64,000 nt of DNA, taken from positions 224,001-288,000 of the forward strand of contig CAWKMU010000003.1 in the NCBI GenBank assembly GCA_963850905.1. The letters run 5' to 3'. The notes under the pieces were generated by a model. It was given only the letters and a program-made list of their open reading frames with translations, was not told where the DNA came from and made no database searches. The stretch is from an uncultured Gemmatimonadales bacterium. GTDB taxonomy: Bacteria > Gemmatimonadota > Gemmatimonadetes > Gemmatimonadales > Gemmatimonadaceae. The translations under genes were made by a program, and so were the position numbers. Below, one piece after another: positions 1 through 11,961 of this stretch. The number at the start of each line of letters is the position of its first letter. Positions within the stretch are counted from its first letter, which is position 1.

Positions 1-339
1 CTCATCATCTCGAGCGCGTTCGTGCACCGACCCGAGGTCATCGTTGTGGATGAGCCCATGGTCGGGTTGGACCCCAAGGCCGCCCGCATTCTGAAGGACC
101 TCTTCCGCGAGTACACCCGACGCGGGCACACGATCATGATGTCGACGCACACGCTCGAAGTGGCCGAGTCACTCTGCGACCGCATCGCCATTATTCAGAG
201 CGGCCGGATCCGCGCCTCCGGAACGATGGCCGAGTTGCGCGCTCACGCCACGGCCGGCACCACTGGGTTGGAGGAGATCTTTCTGCACCTGACCGGCGAG
301 CGCGCCGCGCGTGAATTGGTCGCCGTCTTGGACGCCTAG
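1..339 (+). CDS. ABC transporter ATP-binding protein, C-terminal part (truncated by window start)
   Basis: Walker B/D-loop VIVVDEPMVGLDP and H-loop MSTH; next to a permease. Confidence 0.9.
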   Translation, partial: LIISSAFVHRPEVIVVDEPMVGLDPKAARILKDLFREYTRRGHTIMMSTHTLEVAESLCDRIAIIQSGRIRASGTMAELRAHATAGTTGLEEIFLHLTGERAARELVAVLDA

Positions 340-382
340 GTCCGCGGTCCCGCTTCGTAGACCTCAGAGCTCGTCAGTCGAT

Positions 383-2194
383 ATGAAACCCAATTCCGAG
401 CATGGCCCCAAAGGCCGGGCGCCGGCACACGACGTCGGTCCCACGATTGGTTCCGCAGACCCCCAACCCCACACCCCAGACCCCGTTCTTCCCGTCACCG
501 CCCGACTCCTGCTCCGCCCCAAGTGGCTCACGGTCCGCAACCGCACGACCACGACCGAACGTGGCCGCCTCGGTCGCTGGTCGGTCATCGCGCTCCTGGG
601 TGCGGGCTTCTGGTGGGGTGTGTATGCGATCGTCGCACGAATCCTTCGCTACCTGCGCGACGTGCCGGATCTCGGGCCCCTGCTCGCCGGCAAGCTCCTC
701 GGCATGATCCTGATCGGCTTCTTCGGCATCCTCCTGTTGTCCAACGTCATCGCGGCGCTGTCGACGTTTTTTCTCGCCCGTGACCTCGATCTCCTCGTGG
801 CCAGTCCGGTCCCGTGGCGGCCCCTCTACACGGCAAAGTTGTTCGAGACACTCGTCAACTCGAGCTGGATGGTGGCGCTCATGGCGGTGCCGGTCGTGGC
901 TGCATTCGGGATCGTCTACCAGGGCGGCCCGTGGTTTCCGCTCATCGCCATCGGGGCGTTCGCCCCCTTCTTCCTCTTGCCGACTCTCGCGGGCAGCGCC
1001 GTGACGCTGATCCTCGTGAACGTGTTCCCCGCCCGGCGAACGCGCGACATCCTCGGCGTCGTCGCGGTGCTGAGTGCTGCAGGGCTCGTCACGCTGTTGC
1101 GCTTGATGCGTCCTGAACGCCTCGCGCGCCCGGAAGGATTCCAGACATTCACCGCGTATCTCGATGCGTTGCAAGCGCCGTCCGCGCCGTGGCTGCCGAG
1201 TGAGTGGACGACGCGGTCGATCATGGGCTGGTTGACCCATGAGTGGTCGCCGTGGCCCGTCGCTGCGCTGTGGGGCGCGACCATCGTTGCGATAGTGTGC
1301 GGCGCGGCGCTCCATCGATGGCTGTTCGCCCAGGGCTTCTCCAAGGCGCAGGAGGGCGCGAGCCACGGCGGCAGCACGTCAGCGGCCGGCGTGGGTGGCG
1401 TGCAGCGATTCATCTACGCCGCGCTGCGTCCCATTGGGATCCAGCGGCGAGAGCTCGTATGTAAGGAAGTGCGCGTGTTCTTCCGCGACACGACACAGTG
1501 GTCGCAGCTCTTGCTGCTCGGCGTCCTCATCGTGCTGTACGTGTTCAACGTGAAGTTCCTCCCGCTCACCGGCGCCGGCGTGACGTTCTTCCTGCGCAAC
1601 GTCATTCCGTTCTTCAATATGATCCTCGCCGGATTCGTGCTGGCTTCGATCGCCGCGCGGTTCGTGCTGCCTGGGGTCAGCCTCGAGGGGCGCACACTGT
1701 GGCTCTTGCGATCCTCGCCGCTCGAAGTGCGCGACCTGCTCTGGGCGAAGTACTGGGTCGGCACGCTGCCACTCGTTGTGCTCGCCGTCGGCATTGTGAC
1801 GGTCACCAACACGCTCCTCCAGGTCAGTGATTTCATCTTCGCCGTCACGGTGCTGTCGATCGCCCTGCTGACCTTCGCGGTGTCAGCGTTGGCGCTGTGC
1901 TTCGGCACCCTGTTCCCGCAGTTCGAGACGGAGAACGCCGCCCAGATACCCACATCCTTCGGCGGCCTGGTCTACATGGTGACGTCCGTCGGCCTTCTCT
2001 GCGCAGTGAGCGTGCTCGAGGCCCGACCGCTCTACATCTACCTGGCCCAGCACTTCACCCACACCGTGAACACCTCGCGGGACTGGTGGGAGGTCGCCGT
2101 CGGCTTCGGACTCGCCGCTGCCCTCTGCGGCGCCGCCACACTCCTCCCGATTCGCGTCGCACTGCAACGCCTGGAAAGGATCGAGCGCGCGTAA
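383..2194 (+). CDS. Putative ABC-2 type exporter permease
   Basis: ~12 hydrophobic segments; DLDLLVASP and SLEGRTLWLLRSSPL...LLWAK motifs; follows ABC ATPase; start uncertain. Confidence 0.8.
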   Translation: MKPNSEHGPKGRAPAHDVGPTIGSADPQPHTPDPVLPVTARLLLRPKWLTVRNRTTTTERGRLGRWSVIALLGAGFWWGVYAIVARILRYLRDVPDLGPLLAGKLLGMILIGFFGILLLSNVIAALSTFFLARDLDLLVASPVPWRPLYTAKLFETLVNSSWMVALMAVPVVAAFGIVYQGGPWFPLIAIGAFAPFFLLPTLAGSAVTLILVNVFPARRTRDILGVVAVLSAAGLVTLLRLMRPERLARPEGFQTFTAYLDALQAPSAPWLPSEWTTRSIMGWLTHEWSPWPVAALWGATIVAIVCGAALHRWLFAQGFSKAQEGASHGGSTSAAGVGGVQRFIYAALRPIGIQRRELVCKEVRVFFRDTTQWSQLLLLGVLIVLYVFNVKFLPLTGAGVTFFLRNVIPFFNMILAGFVLASIAARFVLPGVSLEGRTLWLLRSSPLEVRDLLWAKYWVGTLPLVVLAVGIVTVTNTLLQVSDFIFAVTVLSIALLTFAVSALALCFGTLFPQFETENAAQIPTSFGGLVYMVTSVGLLCAVSVLEARPLYIYLAQHFTHTVNTSRDWWEVAVGFGLAAALCGAATLLPIRVALQRLERIERA

Positions 2195-2210
2195 TTAGGG
2201 ATTTAATAGG

Positions 2211-2263
2211 GATTTGTCTTTCCAACGTCCAACGTCTGGCGTCTAGCGTCTAGCGTCTGACGC
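2211..2263. repeat. Heptamer tandem tract (CAACGTC/TAGCGTC); right-half remnant of the heptamer-hairpin element
   Basis: tgtctttccaacgtccaacgtctggcgtctagcgtctagcgtctgacgc between convergent genes. Confidence 0.8.
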
Positions 2264-2264
2264 T

Positions 2265-2783
2265 TTACGTTGCCACCGCGCCCAGCGCACCGCCACACGT
2301 GCTGCAATACCGGGCCGCCGCCATCGTGATCGCCGTACCGCACTCAGGACAGCGCGCGCTCAGATACTGCCCGCAATTGATGCAATACGCCGCATCGGCC
2401 ACCGTCCGATGCTGGCACGCGGGACACGCGGACGGCGTCGACGACCGCGACCCACTCGAATCGGTCGCCGGCGTCGCACCGCCCGCGGGCGTTTCCGGCG
2501 CACGCAGCTCCGCCAGCGCGCGCGCGGTGTATGTGGACTTGAGGCTGCCGTAATCGGCTTCCGAAAGCTTCCCTGTCGCGCGATCGAACTCGATTTCCCT
2601 CAACACGTCGACGGCAGTGACCTCGCCACTCGCGCCGTCGCCAGAGCCCGCGCCGCGCTGCGACCCGGTGTCTCCCCGCGCGACGAACCGCGAGCCCGGT
2701 GTGGGGCCGAACAGGAGCGGGATGAGCACGAATCCAAGGCCGCACGCGGCCAGCACCGCGCCGATGAGAAGCGAGGCGATCAC
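2265..2783 (-). CDS. Membrane-anchored double zinc-ribbon protein (CcmI-N-like, ccm operon associated)
   Basis: N-terminal TM, LREIEFDRATGKLSEADY segment, four CxxC pairs (CPAC, CINC, CPEC, CSTC); GTG start inferred. Confidence 0.75.
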   Translation of the reverse strand: MIASLLIGAVLAACGLGFVLIPLLFGPTPGSRFVARGDTGSQRGAGSGDGASGEVTAVDVLREIEFDRATGKLSEADYGSLKSTYTARALAELRAPETPAGGATPATDSSGSRSSTPSACPACQHRTVADAAYCINCGQYLSARCPECGTAITMAAARYCSTCGGALGAVAT

Positions 2784-2796
2784 GGCCCGCCCGGCG

Positions 2797-3474
2797 TCAT
2801 GGCGTGTCCTTTCGGATCGCCGCTTCGAGCCGCGCCATCTCTTCTGGCGTCGCCTGGACGTCCAAGGACGCCAGTCGAGCCGTGTGGTACTCCTGCGTGC
2901 GATCGTCCGCCGCATGACGCCACCGCTGGGTCAGGATTGCGACGAGCGTCGCCCCACCACCGATCGCCACAAACGGCGCAATGTAGGCCGCCCAGTTGAA
3001 TCCCTCACGCACTGGCGCCATCAGCACACGCTCGCCATACGCGGCACGGAAAGCGGCGATGATCTCGGGGTCAGTGTATCCCCCTTCGACGAGGTGCATC
3101 ACGTCTTGATGCATCGCCGGCGAGATCGGACAGGTGAAGTCGGTCGTCCGACAGGTATACACGTCGAGTGTACACCCGCACTGGCAATGCAGATGATGCT
3201 CGAGCTCATCGCGCGCGGCAGCGGACATCGACGGAGCCGCCCCCGCCTTCGCCGGCAGTTGAACGGGTTTGTACGCATCGTCGTTCATGGGCCCGCTCAT
3301 CGTCGTGCGGACCCCGCCCGCCTCCTGCCCCCCGCCCTGCGACTGGCGGTCCGCGCTTTGTCCCCCGACCCCTGAGCCCTGATCCCTGAACCCGCCGTTC
3401 ATGGAGACCCGCGCCGCTCCAACGGCACCGGCTCCAGCGGTGAGCGACATCAGAAATTGACGGCGCGACAGCAT
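2797..3474 (-). CDS. ccmH: Cytochrome c biogenesis protein CcmH-like with Tat-like signal
   Basis: LHCQCGC...EIIAAFRAAYGERVLMAP followed by TM; SRRQFL at N-terminus; downstream of ccmF. Confidence 0.8.
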   Translation of the reverse strand: MLSRRQFLMSLTAGAGAVGAARVSMNGGFRDQGSGVGGQSADRQSQGGGQEAGGVRTTMSGPMNDDAYKPVQLPAKAGAAPSMSAAARDELEHHLHCQCGCTLDVYTCRTTDFTCPISPAMHQDVMHLVEGGYTDPEIIAAFRAAYGERVLMAPVREGFNWAAYIAPFVAIGGGATLVAILTQRWRHAADDRTQEYHTARLASLDVQATPEEMARLEAAIRKDTP

Positions 3475-3481
3475 GGGAGAG

Positions 3482-5515
3482 CTACGGCGCCACGCGCGCG
3501 TGGGACGGCGTCGACGGGGCCAGGCGAGCCGCATAACCGCCCTGCGACCGCGCGCGGTCGGCCTGCGGCCACATGACGATGAGCCCTCCCAACGCCATGA
3601 TCATCCCGCCGTACCAGACCCACCACACGAGCGGATTGAAAGTGATGCGGATTTCCGCTGTCTCGCTCGGCAACACGCCCGTGAGGACGACGTAGACATC
3701 CTGGCTCGGTTGCGAGTAGATCCCGACAGCGGTCGACGGCTCGAATGTCGGATCCCCGCGGCTGTCCACATGCTGCCGTTTCTCGCTTTCGATGATCGGC
3801 ATCGGCTTCCCGTCTCGCGTCGGCTTGAGCGACACCGCGGTCACCTGGCGATTCAACGCGTCGAACCGGGACACGCCCTGACTCACGAATTGCCAGCGGT
3901 GACCGTATGGGTCCGTAGCGCTGAACGTCTCTCCCGCTCGCAGGGTCACATCGAACTCGCGCTTGAAGACCAGACCCGCGAATGCACAGAACAGCACCAC
4001 GACCCCCGCGTGGACGATGTAGCCGCCATAGCGCCGCCGATTCCGCGCGACGAGACGCAGGAAGGCAACCAGCGGGTTCTCGCCATGCATCCGCATGCGC
4101 GCCCCAACACCCTTATAGAACTCCTGCAGGATCGTGGTGGCGACGAAGCCCGCGAGCGTATAGGCGATGAGCGCGTGCCCTTCGCGGAGTCCCAACGCGA
4201 ACAGCAGAGAGAGGACCGCCACGCCTCCGAAGGCCGGGGCGGCGAACTGCCGGCGCACGTTGGCGATGGACGCTCGACGCCACGCGACGAGCGGGCCGAT
4301 GCCGGTGAGCGCCAGCAGCATCAGGCCGAGCGGAACATTGACGGCGTTGAAGAACGGCGGACCCACCGTGATCTTGGTCCCCCGAACGGCCTCGCTGAGA
4401 ATGGGGAACAGCGTTCCCCAAAGGACGGAGAACGCGATGCCCACCAGGAGCACGTTGTTGTAAAGGAAGGCGGCCTCACGGCTGACCATGCTCTCGAGCT
4501 CGGCCTTGGCTTCCAGATCCTTGAGCCTCGTTGCCACGAGGTAGATGGTCACGGCCGTCGCGGTGACGAGGAGCCCGGCGAACCAGACGCCGACCGGAGA
4601 TTGGGCAAAGGAGTGGACGCTCGAGATCACGCCGCTGCGCGTGATGAACGTCCCCAGAATCGCAAGCAGGAAGGTCGAGACCACGAGCACGACATTCCAC
4701 TTGCGCAGCATCCCCCGCTTCTCCTGCACCATGATCGAATGCAGGAATGCCGTGCCGGTGAGCCACGGCAGGAGTGACGCATTCTCGACCGGGTCCCAGG
4801 CCCAGTAGCCACCCCATCCGAGCTCGACGTAGGCCCACCACATGCCGAGGGTGATCCCGACGGTCAGGAAGAACCAGGAGACGAGCGACCAGCGTCGGAC
4901 GGCCGCCAACCACTCGCCGTCGAGTCGCCGTGTGATGAGCGCCGCGATCGCGAACGCAAAGGGCACCGTCGTGGCGGTGTAGCCGAGGTAGAGGTTCGGC
5001 GGGTGGAACGCCATGCCGGGATTCTGCAGCTGAGGATTCAGCCCGTTCCCGTCGAACACCTCATAGGACAAGCGACTGAAGGGGCTCGCGCCGAAACACA
5101 GCGTCGCGAGAAAGAAGAGCAGCACGGCCGAAAGCGTCCCGACGACGTACGGCATGAGCGCCCGGTTCCGCCGGCGATTCGCCCACACGGCGATCGCGCT
5201 ATACGTGGACAGGATGAGCGCCCAGAAGAGCATCGACCCCTCCTGCCCCGCCCAGAAGGCCGTGAGCGTATAGAGGGTCGGCAGATTGGCGCTCGTGTAG
5301 GACGCCACGTATCGCAGCGTGAAGTCGTGACGGATGAGCGCCGTCCAGAGACCGAGTGAGGCCAGCACGACGAAGCCCCACGTCATGTAGAGAGCACGCT
5401 CCGCCGTCTCCGTCAGGTCGGCTCGGCGGAGCACGCCGCCGCTGAACGACACGATGCAGGCCCACGCCGCGAACAGCAGGGCGACCCACATCGACAGTTC
5501 GCCGATCACGACCAT
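3482..5515 (-). CDS. ccmF: Cytochrome c heme lyase CcmF
   Basis: WAYVELGWGGYWAWDPVENASLLPW (WWD domain), HPP, SVHSF motifs. Confidence 0.97.
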   Translation of the reverse strand: MVVIGELSMWVALLFAAWACIVSFSGGVLRRADLTETAERALYMTWGFVVLASLGLWTALIRHDFTLRYVASYTSANLPTLYTLTAFWAGQEGSMLFWALILSTYSAIAVWANRRRNRALMPYVVGTLSAVLLFFLATLCFGASPFSRLSYEVFDGNGLNPQLQNPGMAFHPPNLYLGYTATTVPFAFAIAALITRRLDGEWLAAVRRWSLVSWFFLTVGITLGMWWAYVELGWGGYWAWDPVENASLLPWLTGTAFLHSIMVQEKRGMLRKWNVVLVVSTFLLAILGTFITRSGVISSVHSFAQSPVGVWFAGLLVTATAVTIYLVATRLKDLEAKAELESMVSREAAFLYNNVLLVGIAFSVLWGTLFPILSEAVRGTKITVGPPFFNAVNVPLGLMLLALTGIGPLVAWRRASIANVRRQFAAPAFGGVAVLSLLFALGLREGHALIAYTLAGFVATTILQEFYKGVGARMRMHGENPLVAFLRLVARNRRRYGGYIVHAGVVVLFCAFAGLVFKREFDVTLRAGETFSATDPYGHRWQFVSQGVSRFDALNRQVTAVSLKPTRDGKPMPIIESEKRQHVDSRGDPTFEPSTAVGIYSQPSQDVYVVLTGVLPSETAEIRITFNPLVWWVWYGGMIMALGGLIVMWPQADRARSQGGYAARLAPSTPSHARVAP

Positions 5516-5524
5516 GGGCGCCGT

Positions 5525-6004
5525 CTATTCTCTACTTTCTGCAGTTCTGCTGTCTTGGGTGCGAACCACCCGCGCCTGTCGGTAGCCCGCCGTGTTCCGG
5601 TACTTGTCGGGCGCATTCTCGTAGCGAGACGCGCACTTGGCCAACAACGTGGTCGCGCGAAAGGTCCCGTCCGAGCCCAACCGGCCGTCGACGACGACAT
5701 CGGCGCTGTCGGTGAACGTATCCGGAATGATCCCGCGATAGACGATCGGGTAGCTCTGGTCGCCATCGGATACACGGAAGGCGACCTCGCGGCCGCCCGG
5801 ATCACGCCGAATAGAGCCTGGGGTGACTCGCGCACCCATTTTGATCCCGGACCCGATCAGCGATGGATCGGCCGCGACCTTTTGTGCGAGCTCCTGCGGC
5901 GTGACGTAGTAGACGCCGGTCGTCTTGATCGACGACGCCATGAGATACGCGGCGACCCCGAGGATCACCGCTCCGCCGACCAGGAATTTGATGCGCGGCT
6001 TCAT
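5525..6004 (-). CDS. ccmE: Heme chaperone CcmE (CxxxY variant)
   Basis: N-terminal TM, YYVTPQEL, YRGIIPDTF, LLAKCASRY. Confidence 0.92.
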   Translation of the reverse strand: MKPRIKFLVGGAVILGVAAYLMASSIKTTGVYYVTPQELAQKVAADPSLIGSGIKMGARVTPGSIRRDPGGREVAFRVSDGDQSYPIVYRGIIPDTFTDSADVVVDGRLGSDGTFRATTLLAKCASRYENAPDKYRNTAGYRQARVVRTQDSRTAESRE

Positions 6005-6129
6005 TGCCCTACTCTCTCCATCGCATCATCCGCACGACACCCGCCATTCTCGCGCCAGATTCCAAGGGCCGTCTCGAGGCGCGACCTGGAACCCGAGCGT
6101 CGCGCGGACTGATGTGTCCGACGAGCCGG

Positions 6130-6330
6130 CTACTCCGGACGCGTCGCGGTCTGGCGTATCCGGGCCATGATCATCTCCAGCTCGCGCTCCGCCTGCGCTC
6201 GCTCCTCAGGCGTCCACGCACCAATGAGCCGTCGATAATCCCGAATACGCTCCAACATCTCATCGATTGCGGCACGCAATTCGAGGTTCGACCGCCGCTC
6301 AGTCGAGGTCGGTCCTGCCCGAGTTGGCAT
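6130..6330 (-). CDS. Small hypothetical helical protein
   Basis: 66-aa ORF MPTRAGPTSTERRSNLELRAAIDEMLERIR..., amphipathic helical pattern. Confidence 0.55.
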   Translation of the reverse strand: MPTRAGPTSTERRSNLELRAAIDEMLERIRDYRRLIGAWTPEERAQAERELEMIMARIRQTATRPE

Positions 6331-6378
6331 GCTGCGGATAATAGCGGTGGACGCCTGCCCGCGCGAGGTATAAACCCG

Positions 6379-6402
6379 GTGGGGGCGACGCATGCGTCCC
6401 CC
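6379..6402 (+). repeat. REP-like palindrome (GTGG variant)
   Basis: gtgggggcgacgcatgcgtccccc. Confidence 0.75.
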
Positions 6403-6472
6403 GACGTTCTCCGCTCGGGTTTCGGGATCATGACTGCCCCTCACTGCCCGCATGCAATTACCTGATCGGCGG

Positions 6473-6497
6473 GTAGGGGCGACGCCGTGCGTCGCCC
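6473..6497 (+). repeat. GTAG REP palindrome
   Basis: gtaggggcgacgccgtgcgtcgccc. Confidence 0.9.
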
Positions 6498-6501
6498 GAC
6501 G

Positions 6502-8002
6502 TTAGCCCGCGCGGGCCCAGAAAAGGGCGGTATCGACCGCGCGCGCCCAAGCCGCGGCGCCAATTCGCGCCGCCTCGCGGCCAGCCCCTGGCTCGAACGT
6601 CGTCAATTGCGCGGTGGCCGATGAACGCCGCCGCATCGGGCCAGATCCCCGTCGCCAGGCCGGCGAGACCGGCGGCGCCGAGCGCCGTCGTCTCCACGAC
6701 CTCGGGCCGCTCGACGCGGACGCCGAGCACGTCGGCCTGAAACTGCATCAACCAGTCGTTTTGCGAGGCACCGCCATCGACGCGCAGCGTCGTGAAATGA
6801 TCTGGTGATTCCTCTGCCGCCTGGCGCATGGATGCGAGGACTTCGTCCGTTGCGTAGGCCATCGCCTCGAGTGAGGCCCGCACGAGATGTGCTCGCGTCG
6901 TCCCTCGGGTGAGACCGACGATGGTGCCGCGCGCTGCTGGCTCCCAGTGCGGCGCGCCCAGCCCGGTCAACGCCGGCACGAACACAACGCCGTCGGTGGA
7001 CGGGACACTCCGCGCCAGCGCCTCCGTCTCGCGCGCGTGTGCGATGAGGCCCAGTCCATCGCGCAGCCACTGGACGGCGGCCCCTGCGATGAAGATCGAG
7101 GCCTCGAGGGCGTACGCCGTACCGCCGCGCGTATCGCACGCCACCGTCGTCAGGATGCCCGTGCTTGCGTCAGGGCTGGGGCGGCGCGAGCCCGTGTGCA
7201 GCAGAAGAAAGGCACCGGTGCCGTAGGTGTTCTTCCCCAACCCGGCGCGGTCGCACCCCTGTCCAAACAACGCGGCTTGCTGATCGCCGGCCACGCCCGC
7301 GATTGGCACAGTTCCGCCGGTCTGGATGCCCAGGAGTCGTCCGTCCACCACGCCGAAGTCACCAGCGGACGGCCGCACCTGGGGCAACGCCTCTCGCGGT
7401 ACCCCAAACAATGCACAGAGCGATTCGCTCCACTCGTGGCGGTTGATGTCGTAGAGGGATGTGCGCGACGCGTTGGTGGGATCCGTCGCGTGGACCTGCC
7501 CACCCGTGAGGTTCCAGATGAGCCACGTATCAATTGTGCCGACGAGGACGTCGCCGCGCTTCGCGCGCTCGTCCCACGCGCGCTGCCGCAGCAGCCACGC
7601 CAGCTTGGCGGCCGAGAAATACGGATCGAGCGTGAGGCCTGTGGCAGCGCGGACCATGGCCGCGTTGGGAGCGAGCGCGGCACACTCCGCTGCCGTTCGG
7701 CGATCCTGCCACACGATCGCATGCGGGGCGGCGCGGGGGCGCGCACGCTCCCACGCAACGATCGTCTCGCGCTGATTGGTAATGCCGACCGCATCCGGTC
7801 GGACCCCGGCCATCGCCACCGCTTCGCGCGCCGCCTCGAGCGTGCGATCCAGGATCTCGACCGGATCGTGCTCGACCCATCCCGGCTGCGGGTAGTACTG
7901 CGTGATCTCCCGATATCCCCGCCCGACCACTCGCCCGTCGGCGCTCACGACGAGGCACGTGGTCCCTGTGGTCCCCTCATCAATTGCGAGAACGTGTTTC
8001 AC
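6502..8002 (-). CDS. glpK: Glycerol kinase (apparent frameshift near 6610)
   Basis: AIDEGTTGT, GITNQRET, WQDRRT, GDQQAALFG, KNTYGTG, LRVDGGAS, ETTALGAA; plausible C-terminus in shifted frame ends at TAA 6502. Confidence 0.95.
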
Positions 8003-8007
8003 TGGAG

Positions 8008-8148
8008 CTAGACGTTGGACGTTGGACATTGGACGTTAGACGCTGGACGTTGGACGTTAGAAAAAACCTCGGAGGCCAGCTAGATGCGCGGCGGCTGATC
8101 TTCGAGGTTGTCTCCAACGTCTAACGTCCAACGTCTAACGTCTAGCCT
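8008..8148. repeat. Heptamer-array-flanked hairpin element, copy 1
   Basis: (GACGTTG/GACGTTA)n - aacctcggaggccagc...gctgatcttcgaggtt - (CAACGTC/TAACGTC)n. Confidence 0.9.
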
Positions 8149-10090
<1,942 letters not shown>

Positions 10091-10221
10091 CGTCTTGAAC
10101 TGGGGACACGATAGGGCGAACGGAAGCCGAAAGCCCCCGCCCGACATTCATTAGAAGTTAATGCACCCGGCTGCGGCAAGCAACCGGTGCTGGCGACCGT
10201 ATGGCGTTGTGGCCAATAGAG

Positions 10222-10548
10222 TTACCGCTTTGCCTGCCAGCGGATTCTCTTCACGGGCGGCCGACTGGCATCCCGGTTGATCGCAGCCAGGAGCTGCGGC
10301 TCGAGCAACGACAACTCGGCCATCCACGGATTGCTCGATGACCGCCACGAACAGAGTCCCGTTCGCTGTCACACGCAGCGGCTCGGTCACGCGCAGCGAC
10401 CTGCGGGCCGACGAGACTCGGCCAGTCCGGCAATCACCGCCGCCTGCGTGACTCGCGGCGCCAGGCCACTCGTCCGCAGGAAGTTCTCGATCACCGCACC
10501 CACGCGCTCGGGCTTGGTCCGGCCCGCATTGGCTGGTCGGCGCGCCAT
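10222..10548 (-). CDS. DciA/DUF721 family protein (frameshifted)
   Basis: Between recF and gyrB with TGATG coupling; fragments WPSLVGPQVAA, EPLRVTANGTLFV, WMAELSLLEPQLLAAIN. Confidence 0.8.
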
Positions 10549-11882
10549 CAATCGATCATCCGCGACAGAACGCCGTCCTGGATCCGGACACGATGCAGCC
10601 GCGTGAGCCCCACCGGGATGTCCGCTGCCTTTGGCACTGCGAGGATGACCTGACCAGCGATCGACCCGGCGCGCGGGACGCCGGCTGCGCGGCTGCCGGC
10701 GAGCACGTCCAGGATGGCGCGCGAGCGCCGCTCGTCCAATTCCGCGAATGGATCATCGAACAACAATACTGGCGCGGACCCTCGGCGGCTACGGATCGTC
10801 GCCGCTTCGAGAATGCGCAATCCAATCGCCGCCGTTCGCTGCTGGCCCGCTGAGCCGTACACCCGCAACTCGCGATCACCGATCGAGAGGGTCAAGTCGT
10901 CCCGGTGCGGGCCGACCCGCGTCGCCCCGTGGCGGAGATCCCCTTCGCGGCTGGCCGCGAGGGCAGCAGCGAGCGCCTCACGCAACTCGCCCACATCGCG
11001 GACTTCCGCATCCCCTTTCTCCTTTCTCCTCTCCCCCTTCTCGCGCGCGATGGCGCGCGAGTACGTCACCTGGACACGATCGCGTTCACCAATGGCCGCA
11101 CACACGTCGGCAAGCTCCCCCGCCCACTCGTGTGCCCACTGCGCACGTTCGGCCCAGAGCGTGGCGCCAGCGTCCGCCAGGAGCGGTTCCCACGCGACGA
11201 GCGCTGCTTCCAGCGCGGCCTGCGTGACGGCGTGACGGCGAGCCAACCCCCGGAGCGCCGCGTTGCGGCGGATGAGCGCGCCGCGATAGCTCTGCAACGC
11301 GGTTAGGTACCGCTTCGAAGTCGTGGCCAGAACGACATCGAGGTACCGACGGCGCCCGATGGGCGCGCCGCGAACGAGATCCACGTCGACCGGCGAAAAG
11401 GTCACCGATGGCATCGACCCCAGAGCATCGCTCAGCCGCTCCGGTACCACGCCGTCGACGGCGGCTCGTTTGCGACGGGAGGCTCGCTCGAAGCCGACCG
11501 TGATCGCGTGTTCGCTCGAGGACGGGCGCAGGACGCTCGGCGCCACTGACACCTCAGGCTCGGCGTTCCCGGGCGTTCCCTCGGTCGTCCCCGCGACCCC
11601 GCGCACGTTGAAACCCGCAGCACCGAACCGCACGACGTCCACGTCGCGCGCCCCGCGCACCGATCGGAGCAGATGCAGGTACGCGATGGCTTCCAGCAGA
11701 TTCGTCTTGCCCTGACCGTTGTCGCCGATGATGACGATCCCGTCCGGCGGCAGCGTCAGCGCGACGTGCGTCAGGTTCCGAAAGTCGCGCGCCTCCAGCG
11801 CGCGAAGCCAGTGCGGCGGGTTCTGCGTCAGGTCAACAGTCGTGCCGGCCTGCCGAAGTGCCAGCGCGGCGAGACGCGGCAC
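10548..11882 (-). CDS. recF: DNA replication/repair protein RecF
   Basis: DFRNL, GDNGQGKTNLLEAI, GPHRDDL, GSAGQQR, LLFDDPFAELD; start uncertain. Confidence 0.95.
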   Translation of the reverse strand: MPRLAALALRQAGTTVDLTQNPPHWLRALEARDFRNLTHVALTLPPDGIVIIGDNGQGKTNLLEAIAYLHLLRSVRGARDVDVVRFGAAGFNVRGVAGTTEGTPGNAEPEVSVAPSVLRPSSSEHAITVGFERASRRKRAAVDGVVPERLSDALGSMPSVTFSPVDVDLVRGAPIGRRRYLDVVLATTSKRYLTALQSYRGALIRRNAALRGLARRHAVTQAALEAALVAWEPLLADAGATLWAERAQWAHEWAGELADVCAAIGERDRVQVTYSRAIAREKGERRKEKGDAEVRDVGELREALAAALAASREGDLRHGATRVGPHRDDLTLSIGDRELRVYGSAGQQRTAAIGLRILEAATIRSRRGSAPVLLFDDPFAELDERRSRAILDVLAGSRAAGVPRAGSIAGQVILAVPKAADIPVGLTRLHRVRIQDGVLSRMID

Positions 11883-11910
11883 CGACCGCACAGAACGCAA
11901 GGACCGGCGG

Positions 11911-11934
11911 GTAGGGGCGACGCATGCGTCGCCC
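11911..11934 (+). repeat. GTAG REP palindrome
   Basis: gtaggggcgacgcatgcgtcgccc. Confidence 0.9.
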
Positions 11935-11961
11935 GCGGTTGCGGACGCGGCGAGACGCCCG

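Noticed and set aside
8008..8148. Integron attC site (GTTAGAC and GTCTAAC fit GTTRRRY/RYYYAAC)
   Set aside because: The boxes are in the opposite order to attC, are tandemly iterated, lie between core genes, and no intI is present
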